Below, one piece after another: positions 23,701 through 37,700 of a DNA stretch of 64,000 nucleotides; position 1 is the first letter of the stretch; each line of letters begins with the position of its first letter. This stretch comes from Hemiscyllium ocellatum. Taxonomy: Eukaryota. The stretch is from NCBI RefSeq assembly GCF_020745735.1, contig NC_083431.1, positions 45,536,496 through 45,600,495 on the forward strand, read 5' to 3'. The notes beneath the pieces are model-generated. The model worked only from the letters and a program-made list of their open reading frames with translations, did not search any database and had not been told where the DNA came from. The translations under genes were made by a program, and so were the position numbers.

Positions 23701-25651
23701 CAATGAAAGTCATAGTTTTTGTAGTAAAATCCCTACTTGATCGATCATAGTGATTCTGAATCATTGTTGAATTACAGGAACAGTGACTGACAATTATTAC
23801 TTCAGTCACTAGTTACCTTCACAATTCATCCTCCCCACTGATTTCATCTGCTACTTGAATAAGAAATATTAGTTACATTTTCTGGTTAAATTAACGTCAC
23901 TCTTAGCTTTTGAAGAGCTTCGGGGATCCATTCACTTTTGGACCTAATGAGATCTTATTGGGGTGGAGGTTTACGAATAAAACTTAAAGATTATAAAAGC
24001 CACCAGGACATGAGGTCATCATGTCGCATATGAATGCAAGTTCAGAATAGGTAGAAGGGTTGAGCAATGGTGAGACACTATTCAAAGTGAGAGCAGAGAG
24101 AGAAAACCAGTTATTTCTGTCAATGTGAACCAGCTGTCAGGATATCTGAGACAATGGTACTGGTAGAGAAGTCACCTGTCTGTCCCTCTGCTACAGAACA
24201 TAAGGGGGAAAAGGTGAATTTAAAATGGGGCATTTTCTTGCCTGTTTACTTTGGGAATCGATTGCTAAAAACAAAGTGCGAGTTATTGTCTTTCTTGACG
24301 CGTTCACCAATGTTGCATTACGTACCTGGTATGAGTAGCAATATAACAATACAGTGTATTTTGAAAACATCAGCACTCTTGACAGATTACAGATGGAGAA
24401 CTTTACCAAAACTGCACGTACAACCAAAATGCCAGATTTGAGATGTAGCTGTGCTTTGCCAGTTTTATTTTCCTTAACCAAGGAGATGGAGAGGTGCTCC
24501 GTGAAACCAGTCAGAGGTCTCTGTTTCAGTGCCATGATGCTGAATGCAAGTTCTGTTAATAAAATGATGCAGCCTCATAATCGCCTTTTTAATCAACATG
24601 TCAAGCTGACAGTGCAAACTAATATTTAGAGATTCTGAACAGCTAATTATGCTTCTGCTGATACGTGCCATCGGGTGACTGGATGGTACAGCCGCTCCAG
24701 TTAACATTTCAGATCACATATTGCCTTTGATGCAGAGCTTGCTACTGTTTAATGTAAAAACCCTTGCTTCATAAAAGTTGTTAGCTTAAGCCAAGATGAC
24801 AAGATTCCAACTTCTTATCAAGTCACAGAGAAAACTCCATAGTAAATGGCTCATCAGAGGCAACAATTTCACATCCCTGTTTGTAAGTTAGAAGTTAGGT
24901 AGAAAATCTCTAGATCAAAGTACAGTGTATTTTAATATCTTACAGGATTTTTTTAAGCAAGAGTTTAAAAAGCTTTGCATGCGTCCTGAACTCAATGGAT
25001 AGAGGAGGCTCAGAGTTCAATGCAATCCCAACACCTTCACCCACACCATTCACCCAACGTTCACCCATTCCCCCTGCTTTCCTCTCAAAAACTGAGACTT
25101 CGTGAATCAAAAAGTGATAAAGGCAGCAATTGTGAGCTACATAAAACAAAAACAATTGATTAGGTCACAAAATTGTTCCATGTAAAAGGTGGTGTTGTTT
25201 TCAAAGTTCTAACCCAATATTTTCCTGCAATATAGTTAATGGTTTTTTTTTAAAATTACAAGATAAATAGTAGGCGCTGGGTATAAATTGAGCGATTCGG
25301 TGTGTTGCAGCTGACCTTCTAGGCAATTGCTATCGTAAAGGAATCTCTCGAAAAAGGATTCTGGAATTCAGAGTAACTTTAAAAAGGCAGCAATGGAAAG
25401 TTTCTAAAGTTTTGGTATCAATTCTGGAGGAGAGTATTTAATAAAGCACAAAATTAGTTCCCATAAACAGTTAAAGGACATTTTAAGAATTTTTTTTCAA
25501 ATAAAAAGAATCATTGCCTCGTTCTTTAACATTACAAATCTCTTGCATTGACTGGTAGAGGTCATCAGCTGGGAGTTGCTGATAGTTGATTCACCCAATG
25601 AACAGATAGGTGCATAATACATCATTGGAGCATACTGCCTCCACTTCCAGT

Positions 25652-25796
25652 TTAACTCCAGACATCAGAAGAGTAGCGGCCTTTTGTCATCAGTTTCTTC
25701 ACATAATCAACAGCCTGCTCGTGGGTCATTTCTCCCAGTTCAGCGACAATGGTGTAGAACATATTCTGGACATCTCTCGCCATGTTCTTTGCGTCA
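25652..25796 (-). CDS. POR: POR terminal coding exon (to TAA)
   Basis: [47 protein letters not shown]. Confidence 0.97.
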
Positions 25797-28700
25797 CTGG
25801 GAAATAAAAACACAAATTTGTATTCATATAGCTCCTTCCACCTCCCTCAGGAATTTGCAGAGCACTTCCCCAATTAGCTTTTATTTTGGAAGTGTCGTTA
25901 TTGTCGTGATGGAGAAACGTAGGCAGCCAGTTTGAACACAGTGAGGCCCCACAGTCAGCATCACAATAATGACCATAATGCTGACATGAATAACTATTGT
26001 CCAGGCTATCAAGAGAAATTTCTTGCTCCTCTTAATGGTTTGGACTCTACATTAAAATTAGCAGTGAAACTATCAGCATGAATAATTATTTTGCAGTAAA
26101 CGACTATGATGATGCAGGAGGACATTTGACACTCCGATTCAAGCTGGCTTTCCATACAACAAACCAGTCAATCCCATTCCATCACATGGAGCATAGCAAC
26201 ATGGGGTGACTCAGCCCATCCACTTTTCTTCAATATTCAATTAGATTGTTGCTGAGCCCCCACAATGCCACTTTTCTGCAATATCTCCTCAGGCAATCAG
26301 CTTCCAGGAATCTATTGATTTCTATCTTGAATCTGTTCAATGAGTGTTTTTAATTAAGAGTCTATAAACCACAGAGGTGATAAAGACATTTTTTTCAATT
26401 GAATCCACCATCTGCTGGGACAGGATTTGAGTCCAGGTCCCCAGAACATTACCTGGGTCTCTGGGTCCAGCTAATATCACTAGGCCATTATCTCCCCGAC
26501 TCATACTTAAGATCATTCCAAGGCTTTTATCTCCCAGCTCCTGACTCTTCATTTCAGAGGAGTCAAACATGTGGAAATTGACACATTCGCTATTTCTCAA
26601 CTGAAGCTGATAAATGAACAATACAGTTCTGTGTAACATATCTGAAATGCTGTCTGAAATGTGTGCTTACCCACAGATGTAGATATGGGCACCCTCCTTA
26701 TGGATTAGATTCCACACATGTTCTTTATTTTTCTTCAGCAAATGTTGGACATAAACCTAAGGGTTCATGACAGAGGGGAAAAAAAAATAATTACCTGAAA
26801 TCACATCCCATTGCTCTGTTTAAAAACCCACTGAACGTCTGATAGCAGGCTACAAAATTATTCAACTTACTGCTGCCACTTGCTCATCTGGACTCATTCC
26901 TAACCCATATTCAAAAGGTGAAAAACATTTCAGAACATTTGATTGGAGCTTCATTAAATACAATCTGACATTAAGTCAAAAGAGATATTAAGATGAATTA
27001 AGAACTTGGTCAAGTAGTCAGTTTAAAGGAGGGTCTTAAATGAATAAGAAAGCTACAAGCCAGACTGTGAGATGAACTGCTTCCTATCATCAATCTTGGA
27101 CTTGTTTTTGCATAATTTCTGTTCAACGATCACCATCACCCCACCAACCACCACCTCCCCATCAAATAAACCCTTGTATCCCCATTTTTAATAAAGGATA
27201 ATGCTCAGAATTCATGCAAATATCCTGTTAATTTGCCCCTGAATCAATAGCCTGGTTTTTTTGGACTTGGCACTACAGCACTGCCATCAGGCACTGTGCG
27301 ACTTTCCTTGAAACCTTTCTCTCCCCCACTTCCAGAAAGTGAGATTTTTCCTTATTCCCAGAATGGAATCCAGTGCTCAGGATGGGGTGTCCTGACCCAT
27401 ACATTCAATTGCTTCAGCATGATGGCCTCTCCTGCTCTGGCAGTGAAATTCCAAATGACTTTCAAAAACCCTATTGACAAGGGAAGAATTTGACAGCTCC
27501 ACCAGGTAGGGGCATAGGCAGGAAGGCTATAGCACTCCTCAGATAGTCTTCTAACCCAATCTATCTAAAATTTTACAGAGGGTGGGGGGAGGCCATGGGC
27601 AGCCTGCCCACCCTCATCCCAATTGGTCAATGAATGCCCGGTTGCCATTTTGATTGGGGGGGGGGGGGGGGTGGAAGCCATTGCAGCGTAGTCAGCACAG
27701 GTGGGCGGGGGAAGAGAAGGGCACCTTCCTCAGGACCTGCTTTCCCAATCAGACCACTACACTGACTGACCTGTTCATCCAAACCTCCTCACTTTATCTG
27801 GTCCAGAGTTTCCAGCATTTACGAAGTTGGGGACTGCTTTATTTTTAAAAAATAAATTATCTTGAGAGCTGGGAGTCACTCGCAACACCAGCATTTGTTG
27901 CCCATCCCTTGAATGGACTTGCATGCTAAGCAATTTCACAGCACAGTCGAGAGTCAATGACATTGCTGTGGGCCAGGAGTCACAAGACCACCAGATAGAT
28001 CACATCAGATCCCTTCCATAAAGGATTCAGGGAATCAGACTGGTTTTTATGGCAACTAATTCTAGTTTTATTGTCACCTTTAGTGAGACTAGCTTTTCCA
28101 ATACCAGTTGAAAGCCAAGTGCAGATAATTACACCAATTGCTGAGGCTCTACTCAATAGCTCCAGGGGCTTGGTGGTCAGATCCAATTGCCCCAACTAAA
28201 TGATATCCCAAAGTTGAATGCAAATTTGTTGAAAACAAGATTGGATCAGTCAAACGTTTCAGCTATAAGTAGCATCCACTGACTTTTCAACTCTCAATCA
28301 ATTTAATGGAGATAGATAAAGAATTCATCAAAAGGGAGAGCTGATAGATTTAGCAGACTACCACTTCATTCTTTTTTAACTGAACAATCTGCACTGGGGT
28401 GATGATGACATCAGATACCGTGCAGAGACAGCACAAATCCCCAAGATAGTTAGTACAACCTCACAGATTAAACTTTACTCATTATCGTCCAAACACTGGT
28501 CAGGTATTTCAGTTAGAGCTGAAATACTTCAAAATTTCCTAAAAACCATGAATTTGTACCCCCTTTATCTCTTCAATGTAAATTCAAAATAGTCACTTTT
28601 CAAAAGTGCCATCAGTGTGGGACGTATCCAATTATCACCACGTAACATCAGGGTTTGTCTTGAGGTGGGAGAGAGGAGAGAAAGAAAGAGGTAGAGCATA

Positions 28701-31700
28701 TATCAGGGCTCACCTTCTCTGCCTGGTCTCTGGAGAACGCTACGTTAAGCTGAGTAAGGACATCAGCTTTCTGATACTGCTCCAGCTCTTCCTGATATAG
28801 ATAATCCTCATTCTGATGGCGACAGCCATAATACAGCACAGTCTCTCCAACTTCCTTCCCTGTCAAAGAAAGTGCAATAGTCTCTTACTGCTTGAGCACA
28901 TTCGCCTCAGTGTGAATACATTGTAAGGCAAGAGTCAGTTTGGGATTTTTATGGGTGGGGAAAATCAAGCCGTAGAAAGGGATGCCTTTTTCATCAAACA
29001 ATACTTCATGGTTAGAATTGTGAGTGAAGGGACAAGTCTCATTTTATGGAGCTACAAAGGCTGATCAGCAAGAAACACCAAATATATCTTTGAAAGCCTG
29101 ATGATAGGAGGAAAGGCAGAATGTGGAGGGCAAGGCGTTTCATTGTTTTAGGATAATTTGGGTGTGGAAAAGCATCTGCTGTAGTCAGGAAATTATATTG
29201 ACAAAGCATGACAAAACAGGCGATTATAGATTAGGATTGTGCTATTTGACTAGATAGATTCAAAAAAAAAAGGAATGGATGCAGAATTAAAGGGTAGAAC
29301 GCTCCTTTTCCATGGGGTAACATTTAGGATTCCCCATTTCTCCAGCAGTTATTCATCCCATTAGTGTCTGCAGGATGGAGGCCCAGGCAGGGAAATGCAA
29401 TAGGGTATAGTGTGTTGTGGAATCCTGTTGCTCTATAAGATAGTGGCTACTCTTGATTCAAGACGGTGAGAGGCCTTCTACTGCTAAATTTAATATTAAA
29501 TAAGAATCACTTGTAATTCAGTTAGCCAATTCGTAAAAAACATTTTTCATTTTTGTCGCAATTTTAAAATCCTGAACCAGAATTCAAACCCTGGATGGTG
29601 TCTTTGTCTAACGCAAAATTTCAAAACTGGTGGGAACTGTTTATAGCTTTGGCCATTCAGATGTTCATCTGTAGCACAACGGGCTTGGTAAAGCCACCTG
29701 TTTTCGCAGAGGCATAAGTAAATAAAACAGCACTGGATCCAGGAAGCCAGGAGTGCTAAAGAACACCAGTGCCCTAGGGATCTTGTCTCAGTTCAGCTGC
29801 TTTCTAATGGATGGATTTACACCAATGAGCCTGTCCTTCAGGAGTCTGGATGTTAAAGTAACCATGCAGAACTTTCTCAGTGCACAATCAATGAAAGATA
29901 ATGGGTACACAGTGAAGGAAGGAACACCATTTATCATAGAACATAGAACATAGAACAATACAGCACAGAACAGGCCTTTCAGCCCACGATGTTGTGCCGA
30001 ACATCTATCCTAGATTAAGCACCCATCCATGTACCTATCCAATTGCCGCTTAAAGGTCGTCAATGATTCTGACTCTACCACTGCCATGGGCAGCGCATTC
30101 CATGCCCCCACCACTCTCTGGGTAAAGAACCCACCCCTGACATCTCCCCTATAACTTCCACCCTTCACCTTAAATTTATGTCCCCTTGTAACACTCTGTT
30201 GTACCCGGGGAAAGTTTCTGACTGTCTACTCTATCTATTCCTCTGATCATCTTATAAACCTCTATCAAGTCACCCCTCATCCTTCGCCGTTCCAACGAGA
30301 AAAGGCCGAGAACTCTCAACCTGCCCTCGTACGACCTATTCTCCACTCCAGGCAACATCCTGGTAAATCTTCTCTGCACCCTCTCCAAAGCTGCCACATC
30401 TTTCCTAAAGTGAGGCGACCAGAACTGCACACAGTACTCCAAATGTGGCCTAACCAAAGTCCTGTACAGCTGCAACATCACTTCACGACTCTTGAATTCA
30501 ATCCCTCTGCTAATGAACGCTAATACACCATAGGCCTTCTTACAAGCTCTATCCGCCTGAGTGGCAACTTTCAAAGATCTATGTACATAGACCCCAAGAT
30601 CCCTCTGTTCCTCCACCTGACTAAGAACCCTACCGTTAACCCTGTATTCCGCATTCTTATTTGTTCTTCCAAAATGGACGACCTCACACTTGGCAGGGTT
30701 GAACTCCATCTGTCACTCCTCAGCCCAGCTCTGCATCATATCTAAGTCCCTTCGCAGCCGACAACAGCCCACCTCACTGTCCACAACTCCACCAATCTTC
30801 GTATCATCTGCAAATTTACTGACCCACCCTTCGACTCCCTCATCCAAGTCATTAATAAAAATTACAAACAGCAGAGGACCCAGAACTGATCCCTGCGGAA
30901 CTCCACTTGTAACTGGGCTCCAGGCTGAATATTTACCATCTACCACCACTCTCTGACTTTGACCGGTTAGCCAGTTTTCAATCCAATTGGCCAAGTTTCC
31001 CTCTATCCCATGCCTCCTGACTTTCCGCATAAGCCTACCATGGGGAACCTTATCAAATGCCTTACTAAAATCCATTTACACTACATCCACTGCTCTACCC
31101 TCATCCACATGCTTGGTCACCTCCTCAAAGAATTCAATAAGACTTGTAAGGCAAGACCTACCCTTCACAAATCCGTGCTGGCTGTCCCTAATCAAGCAGC
31201 GTCTTTCCAGATACTAATAAATCCTATCCCTCAGTACCCTTTCCATTACTTTGCCTACCACAAAAGTAAGACTAACTGGCCTGTAATTCCTGGGGTTATC
31301 CCTATTCCCTTTTTTGAACAGGGGCACAACATTCGCTACTCTCCAGTCCCCTGGTACCACCCCCGTTGACAGTGAAGACGAAAAGATCATTGCCAACGGT
31401 ACTGCAATTTCCTCTCTTGCTTCCCACATAATCCTAGGATATATCCCGTCAGGCCCGGGAGACTTGTCTATCCTCAAGTTGTTCAAAATGTCCAACACAT
31501 CTTCCTTCCTAACAAGTATCTCTTCTAGCTTACCAGTCCGTTTCACATACGCATAAAATGCCTTGATCCTATCCGCCAAGGATTTTTCATGCCCTCTTAG
31601 CTCTCCTAATCCCTTTCTTCAGGTCCCTTCTGGCTATCCTGTATCCCTCCACTGCTCTGTCTGAACCCTGTTTCCTCAACCTTATGTAAGCCTCCTTCTT

Positions 31701-34700
31701 CCTCTTTACTAGACATTCAACCTCCCTCGTCAACCAAGGCTCCCTCACATGACCATTTCTTTCCTGCCTGATAGGTACATACATATCAAGGACGCGTCGT
31801 ATCTGCTCCTTGAAAAAGTTCCACATTTCCACCACATCCTTCCCTGACAGCCTATGCTTCCAACTTATGCTCCTCAAATCCCTTCCCCCAATTGTAAAAT
31901 CTACCCTGTTGTGCGCACCTATCTCTCTCCATGACCAAGGTGAAAGTCACAGAATTGTGGTCACCATCACCAAAATGTTCACCCACTAACAAGCCCATCA
32001 CTTGTCCCGGCTCATTACCGAGTACCAAATCCAATATGGCCTCCCCTCTGGTTGGACAATCTACATACTGAGTTAGAAAAGCTTCCTGGACATGCTGCAC
32101 AAACACCGCCCCATCCAATCTACTTGATTTAAAGAGCTTCCAATCAATATTTGGGAAGTTGAAGTCGCCCATGACTACGACCCTGTGGCTTCTGCACCTT
32201 TCCAAAATCTGTTTCCCAATCTGTTCCTCCACATCTCTGCTGCTATTGGGGGCCTATAGTAAACACCCAACAAGGTGACTGCACCTTTCCTATTTCTGAC
32301 TTCAGCCCATACTACCTCCAAAGGCAGATACCCCTCAAACTTCCTTTCTGCAGCCGTTATACCATTTCTAATTAGCAATGCCACCCCCCCTCCTTTTTTA
32401 CCACCCTCCCTAATCTTACTGAAACATCTGTAACCAGGAACCTCCAACAACCATTCCTGTCCCTCATCTATCCACGTTTCCGTGATGGCCACAACATCGT
32501 AGTCCCAGGTACCGATCCATGCCTTAAGTTCACCCACCTTATTTCTAATACTTCTTGCGTTGAAGTATACGCACTTGAGCCCATCTCTGTGTCCGCAAGT
32601 ATTCCCTGTCAGTGCTACCTTCTCCACAGCCTCCCTACATTCTTGGACATCCTGAAACACAGCTAGCTTACTTGCTGGACAACAAGTCCGGGTCCCATCC
32701 CCCTGCCAAATTAGTTTAAACCCCCCCGAAGAGTTCATCTCAGTTCCTATGGCCCTCAAAGAAGCAGTGAGGCACCTTTGGGAAATGCAACAGCCCATGC
32801 AGTACAAGCACAGCTATAGTGCTGTTTGGGAGGGATTACACATTTTACTACAGCCCAGAAATGGAGGTGTACTAGTTTCTAGGTGACAAAGTACCTGCAT
32901 GCTACTGCCCCTGTGCATTGAAGATTAAGGAAGCAAACACCTTGGGGCACTGGATGGAGTGGCCATCAAGCAGGCCATTTAGTTCTGGACGGAATGGAGC
33001 TGGGACTGCACACAGCTGGGCAAATGGAGGGTACTCCATCACACATCTGATGTATGGCTTGAAGATGGTTGAACAACTTTCAGGAGAGGGGAGGGGAGTG
33101 ACTCGCAGCAGAACTCTGGGACACTCTTACAGCCACTGTGTATGTGCAGCTCATGGGGAAATACAGAGCTGCTGTCAAGGGAGATGATGGGACTCTGCCA
33201 TGGTCTGACATGGCCATTGCCTGACACTTGGGCGGCACTAAAGTTACCTGCCACTTAGCAGTCCAAGTCTGGACCTTAGGATTTTCCTGAGTGCAGGAAT
33301 TCCGAACAACCCCATTACTGACCATGTATTGTCCATATTTGAACCAAGGATAGCCACTTTGATTATGCAACTCACCCTCAGTCTAAGTCATCTGCGCCAA
33401 TTTTAGAATTGGCACCCAGCTAAGGCTATGCTGCTTAAAATCAAAAAATAATATATTCAAAAATTACAGTGTTACAAATGCGTGGTGCTAAGGTCTTAAA
33501 ATGAAAATGAACCTCTAGAATGTTCCATAGTCATACCTTGCAGGAAATAGACTATACATTAACGGTGATAGAACTAGAACTCTGTATGTAAAGGTAGAGA
33601 AAAAGGGAAAATTTTAAAGCAAGGTTTCAAGAGAAGTAGAAAGGGAACTTACAGAGTACTGAGGGACCCGGACAGAGTGGACGTGGAGAAGATGTTACCA
33701 TGAGTAGGAGAAATAGGACCAAGGGCACAGCCTCAGAGTGAAGGGATGATCCTTGAGAACTAGGAGGATGGGGAATTTCTTCAGCCACAGGCTGGTGATT
33801 CTGTGGAACTCATTGCTGCAGAGAGCTGTGGAAGCCAAGTCATTGAGTGTATTTAAGACAGAGATAGGTAGGTTCTTGAGTGGTGAGTGGACCAATGTCT
33901 ACAGGGAGAGGGCAGGAGAGTGGGCTTGAGAAACATATCAGCCATGATTAATGGTGGAGCAGACTGATAGGGCCAAATGGCCTAATTCTGCTCCTTCAGA
34001 AATATCAAGATCAATACATAGAGTCTAAACAGAGGCATCAAAACGGAAAAGGCACAGTTAACCTTGGAAGCATTATTTTGTTCTTCTACCTTGTTGCTTC
34101 AGCCAAGCCCGTTCCTGAATAAAGCCAACAAAGGGAGCGATGCCGGTGCCAGGTCCGATCATGAGGATCGGTGTACTGGGTTTGTAAGGCAGCCTGAACT
34201 GAGACTTCCGCACGTACATTGGGACAATGGGTTTGTGATCATTATCGGTTGGTATTTTATTATGCAGCCAGGTAGTTGCTACGCCCCTGTTGATGCGGCC
34301 TGCTTTAGACAGGTACTCCACTACAACCGCACAGATATGAACGGAATCAGTATGAACCTAAACGGCAAAAAATACACGTTACGAAGCTGCAATACTAAAT
34401 CACCGCCAATTAATGTTTCTTTACAGACATGTTTTCATAAAACAGTGATCTCTCTCAGAATTCTTTTGACAGAAATATTTGTACCTAAGGTAGTTTATTT
34501 GTTTCTGTAACTCTCAACCAGATCCAATACTGGAGCTCAGATAGGAGACTGTAGTTATATTTTACCTCAAGTCATACTATTGCTGTGCATGCTAACACAG
34601 CTATAGGAGAGTTAATGGATTCGGATTCCTTGTCCTATTCTGAGTGGCACAGTTAAGGCTAAAGCTTGCAGGCTGCTGGGATTTCCCTTCCACAGCTCCT

Positions 34701-37700
34701 CACCCCTCTCTCCTGAGAGCCTAAAGATGGATATCAAAAGGATGCACACAACTCATCCTCAAAGAGGCAGGCAAAGCTGAACTGTTTTATCTTCAATTAA
34801 AAACCAAAAGAACGGTGGATGCTATAAATCAGAAACAAAACCAGAGGTTGCTGGAAAAGCTCAGTAGGTCTGGCAGCATCTATGAACAGAAGAAGTGTTT
34901 CAGGTCTGGTGACCTTTCCCCTTTTGTTTTTGCTTTATCTTGCAACAAGCTTATGTTTTGTAGGACAAACTGATGAACTAAATACATACAAGCTGATACC
35001 AATAGCATTGCAGAATAGGGGCTCAACTTGTCATCTGTCCCTGGAGATCTAGTGGTATCATGCATTGTTCCCATTAAAAAAATGGTCAAATTTCACTCTG
35101 ACACAGATGACCAGACCACAGAATAGCAATTCATCAGTTAAAGCACAAATCACAATATATATTTGGCAGAATTTTCGATCAGAAATTAAAATGATGTGTG
35201 TGTTTACTTATATTATGGTTAAGATCATGTTGCAAGTGGTTACATTACTTGCATGAATAGTATTTATTTGGCAGTGCTTCTCAATAAGTCTCACCTTTGA
35301 AGATGAAGCGATAGAATAATATCGAGCCTGTAAACGTGGCAACAGCTCACACAGATGATCGATAGGTGGACGGAGAGACTGCAAATCTTCTAAGATGGCC
35401 AGAATGTTCCTCCTGTCTTCCACCACCCACCTGAGGTATTGCGACTGAAACAACATAGAGACATCCTTACTATAAAAAGGTTGAAGTGATCACCTCACTT
35501 TCACCATCTGGAAGCTATTCTATGAAGCAGTTATCAGCATGTGCACCCCGCTGTCTTGTGGGACAGCAGATTATACCATAGGCACACCACACTGCACAAA
35601 TGTTCAAAAGGAGTCAGGAAAAAAACTCTGTGGCCTCTTACAGTCATAGAGCTGTACAGCACAGATCCTTCAATCCAACTCATCCACGCCAAACAGATAT
35701 CCCAAAATAATCCAGTCCCATTTGCCAGCATTTGGCCCGTATCCCTCTAAACCCTTCCTATTCATGTACCCATTCAGATGTCTTTTAAATGTTGTAATTT
35801 TACTCAGCCTCCACCACTTCCTCTGGCAGCTCATTCCATACCCACACCACCCTCTGCATGAAAATGTTGTCCCTTAGGTCCCTTTTAAATATGTCCCCTC
35901 TCACATTAAACCTATGCTCTTCAGTTTTGGCCTCCCCTAGCCAGGGAAAAGACTTTGTCTATTTACCCAATCCATGCCCCTCACGATTTTATAAACCTCT
36001 ATCAGATCACCCTTCAGCCTCCTACATTCCAGGGAAAAGAACCTCAGCCTAGGGCAGCGCTGTGTGTCAGTGGTTAGCACTGCTGCCTCTCAGCATCAGG
36101 GTCCCAGGTTCGATTCCAGCCTTGGGCAACAGTCTATGTGGAGTTTGCACATTCTCTCCGTGTCTGTGTGGTTTCCTCTGGGTGCTCCGGTTTCCTCCCA
36201 CAATCCAAAGATTCGCAGGTCAGATTAATTGGCCAGGCTAAATTATCCATAGTGTTAGGTGCATCAGTCAGAGAGAAATGGGTCTGGGTGGGTTACTCTT
36301 TGGAAGGTCAGTGTGGACTTGTTGGGAAATGTTTCTACACTGTAGGAAATCTAATGTAATCTATTCAGCCTATCTCTTTTGCTCAAACCCTCCAACCTCA
36401 GCAATATCTTTATAAGTCTTTTCTGAACCCTTTCAAGTTTCACAGCATCCTTCATAGCAGGGAGACCAGAATTGAACACAGTATTTTAAAAGTGGCCTAT
36501 TTGACGTCCTGTACAGCCGCAACATGAACTCCCAACTCCTATACTCAATGCACTTGCTGTGCTAGACTGTGAACATGTACGCAATAAAATTCTCCACAAT
36601 TTACTGACCCCACAGAAAATAATCCTACCAATTGGTATTGAATATGCATTTATTTAATAAAGTTCAACCTAGTCTCTAGGCAAGAGCAAGCCACAAGAGA
36701 ATAGAAGTGGTATTCGAGCGATGAATGTACATACATAACAACTTTAACATCCCAAAACATCAGGAGGCTTGACAGAACCAATAACAGGAAAAAAAGACAT
36801 GAAGCTACCTCTAAATATAGGTTATCCTAAATTGGCCAAAGGGATAGGTTTCAACAAGATAAAGGAGGAGAGAGGGATAATGAGGCAAAGAAGGTTAGGA
36901 GGAAATTCCAGATTCTGAGGGCTAGATCGAAGGCAAATTTTTACAGTGCTGAATAAAATGAAAAAGCTCGCGCCAGAGAAGTAATGCACAGGAGAGAAGG
37001 TACAAATAGATCACATTGTGGATGGTCACATAGTGTCGTGCAGGATTCATGTTACAGGGCTCGCAATAAACACTGGTGTCTTTTACCTTGCCTTCGGGGG
37101 AGGATGAAGCCATTTTACGAAGAAATTCTTGCTCTTTGGGATCCGACGCATACTGGGCCAGTTCATAGAGAACATTAGTGCGTGGAGGATTGGTGATATC
37201 TAGATAATGTGACAAAGCTGTTCGGTATGTAGTTGGACAAGGGAATGGGTGCTTCTTATTGGACTCCTCTAGAAGCATACAAACACAATAAAGGGAAATT
37301 AATGACACACAAATGTGCACTTGTTCAGCACTTCCATTGTAATGGTAATGAAATAATGATATGCACATGAAGCACTTGAAAGATAACTGATCTCAAACCA
37401 AAAAAACAAGTCCCACTTGTAGGTAAGTTATTACACTTCTCCAAATTGAGGATAAGTTGCGTGCATCTCTTTATTTTATCAAAGCTCACCCTAATCTAAC
37501 CTACCCTAATCAGCATTAGCCAAGCACCAGGCTGCACAATGTTTGTTTATATAGTCAAGTGTCTAAACAGATTCCCAGAGAAAGACTTTAAGAACCTCTT
37601 ATGGTGGCTGGAAGCACTGATTTCAGTAATTTTGAACAGATTGATGACAGGGTCGCTTGCCTTGTGAACTCTTGACAGCTTACTTCAAACGGTTTATATT

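Noticed and set aside
36052-36125. tRNA gene
   Set aside because: A/B boxes continue straight into the V-SINE body; it is a SINE head. The same applies at ~42410-42483.
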